Assembly: GCA_963789265.1 (NCBI GenBank)
Contig: CAWBKB010000001.1
Span: 1,888,001 to 1,952,000, forward strand
DNA length: 64,000 nt
Reading direction: 5' to 3'
Source: an uncultured delta proteobacterium
Lineage (GTDB): Bacteria > Desulfobacterota > Desulfomonilia > Desulfomonilales > Desulfomonilaceae
Position 1 is the first letter of the stretch. Every line of letters begins with the position of its first letter. The notes beneath the pieces are model-generated. The model saw only the letters and a list, made by a program, of their open reading frames with translations. It was not told the DNA's origin and made no database searches. Made by a program: the position numbers and the translations under genes. Positions 43,553-51,932 of the stretch are shown one piece after another.

Positions 43553-44992
43553 ATGGCCATGAAACACAGAGTCCTGATCATGAAGTGTGACGATTATGAT
43601 CCCGCGAGGATTGCCGGCATAATCAAGGAAGGGATGGAGGAACTCGGCGCAAAACCGCGCGGAAAGGTCCTGCTCAAGCCGAATTGCGTCATCGCGGATC
43701 CCGAGTTGTTTCCGCATGCCTTTACGCGCAAAGAATTCATCGAGGGGACAATAGCGGCCTGCAAAGAGAAAGGGACGGCCATAACAGAACTCTCCGTCGG
43801 GGAGAGATCCGGCATCACGATTCCTACACGCTTCTGTTTCAGCAAGGCAGGATATACTAAGATCCTCAAAAAACACGGAGTCAAAACCTACTATTTCGAT
43901 GAAGCGAGACAAATTCCGGTAAAATTGTCTCATGCAAAACGCCTACGAGATCTGATATTCGTTCCTAAGCCTATCATCGAGTCCGACTTCCTCATCAATT
44001 TGCCAAAATTCAAGGCCCATCCGTGGACCAGACTGACTTTGAGCCTCAAGAACTTCATCGGCCTGCAGGATGACCGACACCGGTTGGTCGATCACAACAG
44101 TTTCCTCGAACATAAGATCGCCGATCTTCAAGAAGTTATTCAGCCGAGTTTCATAGCTATTGATGCCATCATCGCGGGACAGAAGATGATGCTGACCCCC
44201 ACACCTTTCTCAATGGGCGCGATAGTCATGGGGCTGAACTCATGCGCGGTAGACACGGTCGGCTCCCACATGGTCCACGTAGAACCCCGGGATGTGATTC
44301 ACCTCAAACTTGCCGCAGAAAGGGGCTACGGCCCGATAAGCCTCGATGAGATCGAGGTGAGCGGGGATTTCCCGCTTAATGAGGTTCGCGACAGAACTCG
44401 GAACTTCGAACTATGCATGCAGCATATTGATAAGTACTTCGGTGAAGAGAGCAACCTGACTTGCACAGTGGGGACCTTTCCCGAGGATCATTCCAAGGAC
44501 TACTGCTGGGGAGGCTGTCCGGGCGCGCTTCAAGAATCTATGCACATATTTCAGAAGTACTACCCCGATGTGCATAACGAGATGAAAAAGGTAAGGTACG
44601 TTGTTGGAAAGGTGGAAGGGCCGTTAAATCTGGACCCCGATGAAAAAGTAATTTTCGCGGGGGATTGCACCGAATGGAGCGGGAATATAAATGGCGAACG
44701 GGTCAAGATCGAGGGCTGCTACAAGACTACCGCCGATGTGGATGCGAAAAATACCAAGTCCAATGACATGATTTTGAAGATTTTCGGGCCTCTCATTCAC
44801 TGCTTCAGGAATCGTTCGTCAAGATACATTCGTGCAAAGGGGTGCCCCGTATCGGTAGGCGCTCACGTGAACTACCTGTCGTCTGTAGGCAGGATCAAGA
44901 ACGCGAATTTTGACCCGAGAAACCTTCTTTCCGTTAACGTGGCGTACTGGCAGATGCGAACTGCTCGTTTTTTAAATCGTCTATTCGGGTGA
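43553..44992 (+). CDS. DUF362 domain protein with Cys-containing C-terminal extension
   Basis: VLLKPN, INLPKFKAH, TLSLKNFIG, IDAI, AVD; C-terminal CWGGC, GDC, KGCP. Confidence 0.85.
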   Translation: MAMKHRVLIMKCDDYDPARIAGIIKEGMEELGAKPRGKVLLKPNCVIADPELFPHAFTRKEFIEGTIAACKEKGTAITELSVGERSGITIPTRFCFSKAGYTKILKKHGVKTYYFDEARQIPVKLSHAKRLRDLIFVPKPIIESDFLINLPKFKAHPWTRLTLSLKNFIGLQDDRHRLVDHNSFLEHKIADLQEVIQPSFIAIDAIIAGQKMMLTPTPFSMGAIVMGLNSCAVDTVGSHMVHVEPRDVIHLKLAAERGYGPISLDEIEVSGDFPLNEVRDRTRNFELCMQHIDKYFGEESNLTCTVGTFPEDHSKDYCWGGCPGALQESMHIFQKYYPDVHNEMKKVRYVVGKVEGPLNLDPDEKVIFAGDCTEWSGNINGERVKIEGCYKTTADVDAKNTKSNDMILKIFGPLIHCFRNRSSRYIRAKGCPVSVGAHVNYLSSVGRIKNANFDPRNLLSVNVAYWQMRTARFLNRLFG

Positions 44993-45188
44993 TAGAGGGC
45001 ACAGGACAACTCCCCATCGCTTTGGGCATGTGCTCTCGCAACCACGGTATCCCGAATAATCAACGCAAGTCCCGGCTGACCGTGGAAAGCAATCCATTCA
45101 ACGCCGTGGGGCCAGGATCATAGTACGGAGTTCCTAGCATCAGAGCGCCAAGGCGGTTGATTCTCGGCCTTTAACCTCGAGGCCTCTC

Positions 45189-46247
45189 GTGACCAATCCC
45201 GCGACAAGGAAACTCAGCGCAAAGCAAATCCTCGCGGACATTCGCTTGGGAATGGATCCCTCGGAACTGAAATCCAAGTACAGGCTGTCCGAGAAGGCAC
45301 TTCAATCCGTTTATAAGCAACTGACTGCCGCGGGGGCATTGACCGAAAGTGAAATGCCTCGCTTGCAACACTTGGACAACCGGTCCGAAGCGTCACACCA
45401 ACTGCCTGCCGAGCCCAAATGGCGATGCCCGGCCTGTAATGCTCCGCGGGAAGCAGAAGTAAGTGAGTGCCCTGCATGCGGCGTTGTAGTGGCGAAGTAT
45501 CTGGCTCGTCAGGGAGAAGGAAATCACGTATCCGGCATCCCACGGCATGTCACGCGGAATGCAGATTATGGCGGCGGGAAAGGCTGGATGTCCGTCATTT
45601 CGAGCATAGCGGTTTTTTTGCTTTTAGGAGGTGTCTTGCTGATCTGGTCCACGCATCAAATCCGGGAGAAACCTGACGTTGCGGCATTGGGCCTGAGAGT
45701 TCAATCCTCTGCCGAAGATAGGGGCGAAGCAGATCAACCTGAAAATAACACGAGCAAATTGGAAAGCACGAGCATAGACGCTGCCAGAATCAAAGAAGAA
45801 GAAAGCCTGACCCCAAGTGCGGCCACGCAACCACACGCTGAGATCCCGGTGGAGCCTCCTGCCGACAGAGACGCACCCCCTCCCAAAAGGCGTCCGCCAA
45901 GCCTTAAGCCTGCCGAATACCAAACCGGTGTGTTGAGGCACTTTGCCTCCAGAGATTTCAAAAAGCAAGTTGTAGAAGCGTCACACACCTACCCGGTTCT
46001 GGTCCAGTTTTACAGCGACAGGTGAATGCCGTGCAGACGGATGGCATCCGTCCTTAACCAAGTCGCAGAAGAGACCAAAGGCCGGGCGGTGATAGGATTG
46101 ATCATGATAACGGATAGGCCGTTGGTTCAGGCATTTAGAATTCACCGGATACCGACGATTTTCGTGGTGCGAAACGCTGAAATCACTGCATCCTTTGTGG
46201 GGCTCGTCCCGAAATCGACGATCCAAGAAGCGTTGAGAGGCTCTTGA
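45189..46247 (+). CDS. Membrane-anchored thioredoxin-domain selenoprotein (UxxC), TGA 46023-46025 read as Sec
   Basis: ORFs 45189..46025 and 46026..46247 are contiguous and in frame: FKKQVVEASHTYPVLVQFYSDR-U-MPCRRM...IHRIPTIFV...FVGLVPK. Confidence 0.88.
46036..46052 (+). promoter_or_regulatory. Candidate SECIS element
   Basis: UGA-N10-GACGGAU-GGC-AUCCGUC: perfect 7-bp stem, G-initiated loop. Confidence 0.75.
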
Positions 46248-46399
46248 ATCATGTGGGAGCCACAAGCGCCGAACGTATTTCTCCACCTTTGCGATATTGA
46301 TTAATATTTGGGTTTTTGTTAGCATCAAGTCCCTGCAAAGGCCGACGAATCGATGACATCGGCATCCCGGAATTACGACCGACAGCAAGGTTCTGACCC

Positions 46400-47884
46400 A
46401 TGAGCAAGGCGACCTTCAAGATTCGCCGAAAGATTATTCTCGCGTTTCTTTTTTGTTTCTTGTCCGTTCTAGTCTTCGCGATTCTCAGTCTTCAAAATCA
46501 TAGAGAGATCAGCCATAGACTGCGCCTGGTGGAAGTCGCGGATGATTTGGTAAACAACATCCTGGAAATACGGCGATTTGAAAAGAACTTCTTTCTGTAT
46601 AAGCAGCACCAAAGCCTCGAGGAAGCGGCATCGTATGTGGACAGAGTAGCGAAGCTTTACAAGGAACACGAAGAAGACATTCTGAGGCTAACCCAGAAAG
46701 GTACAGAATCTCAATTTCGAGCAACACTGGCCGATTACAGGCAGACCCTTTCACAAATTCGAGCCGGCCTGAAATCTGCAAGCGGGACAACGCCACGCTC
46801 CGACATTTCCGGATTGGAGGAATCTTTACGGGGGACAGGCCAGAAGCTTCTGGATATAGCGGGACAGTGGACCAAGCAAGAACGAATAAAGATCGACCGG
46901 CTCTTCCGCAGCACCCTCTATCTATTCGTCGTCTCCATGTTATTCTTCTGTTTCCTCGGAATATTCGTGGCTCTGTACATCTCAAGATTGATGACCGGCC
47001 CATTGATCCAAATGCAGCAAGCCATGGAAAAGATCGCTGGAGGTGACTTCACTCCTATCCGCCAAGATGAACACCGCTCCGAGGAATTCCTGCCGTTATT
47101 TCGGGCTTTCAATAGAATGATACACGAATTGGAGGAACGGCAGGAGCAGCTTGTGCAAGCAAGGAAGATCTCGGCCATCGGGACTTTTACCTCAGGAATT
47201 GCCCACGAACTTAACAACCCGGTCAATAACATCGTTCTTACCGCCGAAGCGTTCGAAGAGGATTTTGACCAACTTGACCACGATGAGGCCCTGGGAATGA
47301 TTCAGGATATTCTGGCCCAGGCGGACAGGGCTTCGAAGATAGTGAGGAATCTGCTTGACTTTTCCAGGTCGGAACGCCCCGAAATGGTGACAATCTCCAT
47401 TTGCTCGGTGATTGATGAGACTCTCAAGCTGGTCGGCAATCAGATGCTGGTTTCCAATGTAGAGGCAGAGAAGCACATCCCCGCAAATTTTCCCTCTGTA
47501 CATGGCGACTACAAAAGTCTCCAACAAGTATTTTTAAACCTCTTTATCAATGCCGTCCACGCAATGCCCTATGGGGGAAAAATGAGCATACGAGGCTATC
47601 TGTCCAATGGCGACCGATTTCTCCGCGTGGAGGTATCCGACACTGGCATCGGCATTGAGCCTGAGCACATTCCACATATTTTTGATCCATTTTATACTAC
47701 GAAAGACGTCGGAAAAGGTACCGGTCTGGGACTTTCGGTCACCTACAGTATATTGCAAAAGCACGGTGGCACCATCGAAGTCCGGAGTGAGAAAGGACGA
47801 GGAACGACTTTTACCGTCATTCTTCCTGCTGAGTCCACTAAAATACAACCGTCCGGAGCAGGCCATGCGTATAGCGGTGGTTGA
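46400..47884 (+). CDS. Sensor histidine kinase (2 TM, HAMP, HisKA, HATPase)
   Basis: GIAHELNNP, QVFLNLFINA, DTGIGI, FDPFYTTK, GTGLGL. Confidence 0.95.
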   Translation: MSKATFKIRRKIILAFLFCFLSVLVFAILSLQNHREISHRLRLVEVADDLVNNILEIRRFEKNFFLYKQHQSLEEAASYVDRVAKLYKEHEEDILRLTQKGTESQFRATLADYRQTLSQIRAGLKSASGTTPRSDISGLEESLRGTGQKLLDIAGQWTKQERIKIDRLFRSTLYLFVVSMLFFCFLGIFVALYISRLMTGPLIQMQQAMEKIAGGDFTPIRQDEHRSEEFLPLFRAFNRMIHELEERQEQLVQARKISAIGTFTSGIAHELNNPVNNIVLTAEAFEEDFDQLDHDEALGMIQDILAQADRASKIVRNLLDFSRSERPEMVTISICSVIDETLKLVGNQMLVSNVEAEKHIPANFPSVHGDYKSLQQVFLNLFINAVHAMPYGGKMSIRGYLSNGDRFLRVEVSDTGIGIEPEHIPHIFDPFYTTKDVGKGTGLGLSVTYSILQKHGGTIEVRSEKGRGTTFTVILPAESTKIQPSGAGHAYSGG

Positions 47885-49205
47885 CGACGAACTCATAGTA
47901 AGAACACGACTTCAAGCGGCACTTGCCAAAGAGGGTCACATTGTACAGACCTTTGGTTCGGGCGAGGAGTTCTTAGAGACCCTTGAAGAGGTACAATACG
48001 ACCTGACGTTTCTGGACGTCCGCCTTCCCGGAGCGAACGGCATCGAGGTCCTCAAGCAAATTAGATATAGTTCTCCCGAGATGCAGGTCATTTTGATCAC
48101 AGGTTATTCATCAATTGACTCAGCCATCGAGGCGATAAGACTTGGAGCCTTTCACTATGTTTCCAAGCCCTTCAAGTTGGAAGAAATCAGAAATCTCGCT
48201 CGCAAGGCATTGGAACACGCTAGGTTGCTTGCGGAAAATCGAGAACTAAAAGCATGGCTGGAGCCTGACGGCAGCGGAGAGGAAATGATCGGCGGGAGCC
48301 CTATCCTGAAGGAAGTCTTTCGCCTCGTTAAAAAAGTTGCCCCTCTTGATTGCAACGTCCTGATTCAGGGAGAAAGCGGAACAGGGAAGGAATTAGTAGC
48401 TCGGTTGATCCACCGAGAAAGTCGGCGTAGTGAGCGGCCATTCGTGGCATTCAATTGCGGAGGTTTCGCTGAGGAGCTTATTGCCAGCGAGCTTTTCGGG
48501 TACGAGCGCGGAGCATTCACAGGGGCCTCGGCCACCAAGATAGGGATACTCGAAACCTCGCATGGGGGCACAGCGTTCATGGATGAAATCGGCGACATGC
48601 CTCCGACCATGCAAGGGAAGCTGCTACGAGTGATTCAGGAAAGACAGATCATGAGGGTCGGAGGCAACAAACCGATTCAACTGGATCTCAGATTCATTGC
48701 GGCTACAAACAAGGACCTTAAACGAGTCGTTCAGGAAGGAAGATTCCGTGAAGACTTGTTTTTCCGTCTAAACGTGGTTCAAATCAAGCTCCCAAGCCTC
48801 ATGGAACGCAAAGACGATATTCCTATTTTGATTCGCTACTTCCTGAAAAAATACTCGCAAAAGTTCTCCAAGAGAATTGGAGGGATTGATTCGGCCGCTC
48901 AACAGATTCTCCTTTCCTACACTTTCCCGGGAAATGTGAGAGAATTGGAGAACATTATCGAGCGAGCCGTGGCCCTGGCTGAACATGAATCCGTGACCGT
49001 GGATGACCTCCCCTCGGACCTTCGAGAATATTCAATAATCCCTTACGGCAAATGGCCTACATTGGAAGAGCAAGAGCGTGAGTATCTGGAGAAGCTTCTT
49101 GCCTCAACGAAATACAATCTTGGGCAATCGTCCAGGATAGCGGATCTTCCTCGGACGACCCTCTGGCGAAAGATGAAGAAGTACGGGCTGTCCAAACCAA
49201 AATGA
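47865..49205 (+). CDS. Sigma-54-dependent response regulator (NtrC family)
   Basis: Receiver domain, GESGTGKE, GAFTGA, FREDLFFRLNV, PGNVREL, Fis-type HTH. Confidence 0.95.
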   Translation: MRIAVVDDELIVRTRLQAALAKEGHIVQTFGSGEEFLETLEEVQYDLTFLDVRLPGANGIEVLKQIRYSSPEMQVILITGYSSIDSAIEAIRLGAFHYVSKPFKLEEIRNLARKALEHARLLAENRELKAWLEPDGSGEEMIGGSPILKEVFRLVKKVAPLDCNVLIQGESGTGKELVARLIHRESRRSERPFVAFNCGGFAEELIASELFGYERGAFTGASATKIGILETSHGGTAFMDEIGDMPPTMQGKLLRVIQERQIMRVGGNKPIQLDLRFIAATNKDLKRVVQEGRFREDLFFRLNVVQIKLPSLMERKDDIPILIRYFLKKYSQKFSKRIGGIDSAAQQILLSYTFPGNVRELENIIERAVALAEHESVTVDDLPSDLREYSIIPYGKWPTLEEQEREYLEKLLASTKYNLGQSSRIADLPRTTLWRKMKKYGLSKPK

Positions 49206-49248
49206 AACTCAAGGTTTTTTTCCTAAACCGTTTCGCAAAGACGGTTTT

Positions 49249-49363
49249 CTCGTTCCCAGGCTCTGCCTGGGAATGCCTGTCAACGAGGCTCTGCCTCGAC
49301 CACGATAGTGAAATAAAGGCAGCTTGCGGGCAGAGTCCCGCGAGACGCGGGATTGGGAACCAG
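49249..49363. repeat. Palindromic repeat of the CTCGTTCCCAGGCTCTGCCTGGGAA type (degenerate right half)
   Basis: CTCGTTCCCAGGCTCTGCCTGGGAATG...GAGGCTCTGCCTC...GGGAACCAG. Confidence 0.65.
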
Positions 49364-49434
49364 AGCTCCAACTATTTTTGTGGAACGCTCTCTACCTGGT
49401 CCACTTTTTTGCGACGGCCTCCAGGCTGCGCCCA

Positions 49435-49458
49435 GGGCACCGCATGCGGTGCCCCTAC
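49435..49458 (-). repeat. GTAG-type REP
   Basis: Reverse strand GTAGGGGCACCGCATGCGGTGCCC. Confidence 0.7.
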
Positions 49459-49496
49459 TTTCAAGAAACAACTGCAATCTTTCGATTCAGAATCAA

Positions 49497-49576
49497 GTTT
49501 CACAATGAAACATCACCTTTCCGCGTCCTAACTGCTCTTTCCGGACCGATGCATCCGGGTCGTTCCGATTTGAAAC
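49497..49576. promoter_or_regulatory. Two candidate enhancer (UAS) sites for the sigma-54 activator
   Basis: GTTTCACAATGAAAC (49497-49511) and GTTCCGATTTGAAAC (49562-49576), upstream of the -24/-12 site. Confidence 0.55.
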
Positions 49577-49640
49577 AGAATTTCTCGGCCTAAGCATCCG
49601 GCCTCGAACTATGTATCTGTTTTTACGGTACATAAATATT

Positions 49641-49655
49641 TGGCACCATTCTTGC
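49641..49655 (+). promoter_or_regulatory. Sigma-54 (-24/-12) promoter
   Basis: TGGCAC-CATTC-TTGC matches TGGCAC-N5-TTGC, about 25 nt before ATG 49680 and next to an NtrC-family gene. Confidence 0.85.
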
Positions 49656-49679
49656 TTGATGGAGAGCGGAGAGTTGAAC

Positions 49680-50141
49680 ATGGGCAAGAAAGTCCTAGTA
49701 GCAGTCGATGCCGATTCCGTTGCCTATCACTCGATCTCGTACGGGATTCAGTTGGCGGCTCGAATGGGTTCTCCATTGTCGTTGATCATAGTGGAATCCG
49801 AAGGACGCTCGAGCGAACCCAATCCATCGGACGTTTTGACCGGGGAATTCGACAACAGTCATTATCCCTGGTTGGACAAAGTGCTCAACGAGAGTCAACG
49901 AGCCGGAGTGAAGTTGGAGATTTTTCTCACATCCGGTGATTTGGTTGACGAATTGATCACATTTGTGCGGTCTCAACCTTCTATCCAGTTCATCATCATG
50001 TCGTCGCCTCAGGATTCGGGGACTAAAGAAGGAGCGCCCCAGGGGCCATCGTTGAGGCACCTTCACAGCTTGTTCGAGGGCGAGATACTCCTGGTACAAA
50101 AGGGAGGGCGCATAATTCGGGTTTCTGATCTTCATCTTTAA
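49680..50141 (+). CDS. USP-like protein
   Basis: MGKKVLVAVD...SISYGIQLAARM...FLTSGDLVDEL. Confidence 0.65.
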   Translation: MGKKVLVAVDADSVAYHSISYGIQLAARMGSPLSLIIVESEGRSSEPNPSDVLTGEFDNSHYPWLDKVLNESQRAGVKLEIFLTSGDLVDELITFVRSQPSIQFIIMSSPQDSGTKEGAPQGPSLRHLHSLFEGEILLVQKGGRIIRVSDLHL

Positions 50142-50164
50142 TACTCCATAAAGGAGATCGCGAT

Positions 50165-51094
50165 ATGCATTGGAGCATCTATCTGCCGATTGCCGGAAAC
50201 TCCGTAAACATCCTGATACTTTTGGGTTTAGGCGCGACTGTGGGTTTTCTGTCGGGGCTCTTTGGAGTGGGGGGTGGATTCCTCATGACTCCATTACTGA
50301 TAATGATCGGTATCCCGCCGACGGTCGCGGCTGCATCGGATTCCAACCAGATAGTAGCTGCATCCGCTTCCGCGACTTACGCTCACTATAGAATGGGCAA
50401 TGTCGATTTCAAGATGGGAATTCTCCTCCTGATTGGCGGAGTAGTAGGCGGCACTTTGGGTGTTCAACTCATTAAGATCCTGCGAAGTATGGGCAATGCA
50501 GACTTTGTCATCAAAATAACGTACGTGGTGATGCTGGGAGTGGTGGGCTTTTACATGTTTTTGGAAAGCTTGCAGAGCCTGAGAAAACCTACCGCAGCGT
50601 TCCAAGAAGCGCGACCTGCAAGGCCTTCGCGCTATCTGCGGTTAATTCGGGCCCTTCCCTTCCAAATGGAATTCGCCAAGTCCGGGGTCACCTTGTCGCT
50701 GTTCCTCCCCCTGATCCTGGGAGCCTTTGTGGGCATTCTGGCTGCCATCATGGGCGTGGGCGGCGGATTCATAATGGTTCCGGTAATGGTTTACATGTTA
50801 CGCATGCCCATGCACGTGGTGGTCGGAACAAGTTTGTTTCAGATACTTTTCACCTGCGTTGATGTGACGATAATGCAGTCTGTCACAAACCACACAGTCG
50901 ATCTGGTGCTGGCTATTCTGCTTCTGTTGGGCTCCACCATAGGCGCCCAGTTCGGGGCTCGTTTGAGCCGGAGATTGAAAGGCGACCAGTTAAAAATTCT
51001 CCTCGCGTCCCTGGTTCTGGTCGTGATGATCCAAATATTCCTTGGTTTGATTCTTTCGCCGGACATAATGTTGGCTTATAAGGGGGGAAACTGA
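50165..51094 (+). CDS. TauE/SafE (TSUP) family membrane transporter
   Basis: GLFGVGGGFLMTP and IMGVGGGFIMVP repeats, VVGTSLFQ. Confidence 0.93.
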   Translation: MHWSIYLPIAGNSVNILILLGLGATVGFLSGLFGVGGGFLMTPLLIMIGIPPTVAAASDSNQIVAASASATYAHYRMGNVDFKMGILLLIGGVVGGTLGVQLIKILRSMGNADFVIKITYVVMLGVVGFYMFLESLQSLRKPTAAFQEARPARPSRYLRLIRALPFQMEFAKSGVTLSLFLPLILGAFVGILAAIMGVGGGFIMVPVMVYMLRMPMHVVVGTSLFQILFTCVDVTIMQSVTNHTVDLVLAILLLLGSTIGAQFGARLSRRLKGDQLKILLASLVLVVMIQIFLGLILSPDIMLAYKGGN

Positions 51095-51095
51095 G

Positions 51096-51881
51096 TTGCA
51101 ACTCAAAAGAGATTCGTGGAAATTGGTTATTTTAGTCGCTTTGGTAGCTTGGGGACTCGGATTTCCGTCGCCTGCGATCTCCGAGACAGCAAAATTGAAG
51201 GTCACTCCTCGCCGAATGGCTATTTCCGAGTTCTTCCACGGTGCGCGAATAACAGTTTCGGCTTCTGTGCCCAAGGAGGCAGCCGCAATCATAGAATTCA
51301 AAGGGCCGGGCCTGAAAGAGCAGTTAATGCGCAAAGGACGCCGTGGGGGGCTATGGATGAACGTGGGTGAAATCGAGGTTGAAGGTGCGCCTTCTCTATA
51401 CATGTTCATGAGCACGGATCGAAACATCCTCTCAGGTCCGAGTAATGCGAGTGCTCAGTGGGGTTATCCCGCGCTGCGACATGAAGTGAAATTTTCCGGT
51501 TCTATGCCCGTAGGGAAATCGGATGAGATCTTTACGCAATTCATAAAGCTGAAAGAGAGCGGGGGGTTTTACGGTGTGTTCCCGGGGTCGATAAAGAGGT
51601 TGCACGGGGCCTCCGGCGACTATTCTGCCATCCAGGGCAAAATTCAGCTTCCAAGCAAAATTTTGCCAGGGAACTATGAAATATGCTTGTATGTCCTCAA
51701 TAACGGAAGTTTGACGGAAAAGAAATGTGTTGGTTTTCGGGTAACTATGGAGGGGCTTCCGGCAGTTTTATCTTCCCTGGCCTATCGCCACGCAACTGTG
51801 TACGGCCTTTTGGCAGTGCTTATAGCCCTTGTAACCGGATTTGTCATGGGATTCGTCTTCAAGGGAAAGGGAGCGCATTGA
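51096..51881 (+). CDS. TIGR02186-family periplasmic protein with C-terminal TM
   Basis: Signal peptide, ISEFFHGARI, RKGRRGGLWMN, PSLY, C-terminal YGLLAVLIAL; typical TauE partner. Confidence 0.8.
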   Translation: MQLKRDSWKLVILVALVAWGLGFPSPAISETAKLKVTPRRMAISEFFHGARITVSASVPKEAAAIIEFKGPGLKEQLMRKGRRGGLWMNVGEIEVEGAPSLYMFMSTDRNILSGPSNASAQWGYPALRHEVKFSGSMPVGKSDEIFTQFIKLKESGGFYGVFPGSIKRLHGASGDYSAIQGKIQLPSKILPGNYEICLYVLNNGSLTEKKCVGFRVTMEGLPAVLSSLAYRHATVYGLLAVLIALVTGFVMGFVFKGKGAH

Positions 51882-51932
51882 CAGGCCGCCAAGCTTTTTT
51901 GAATTGTATGAGCTATTACCGGATTCTGGGAG

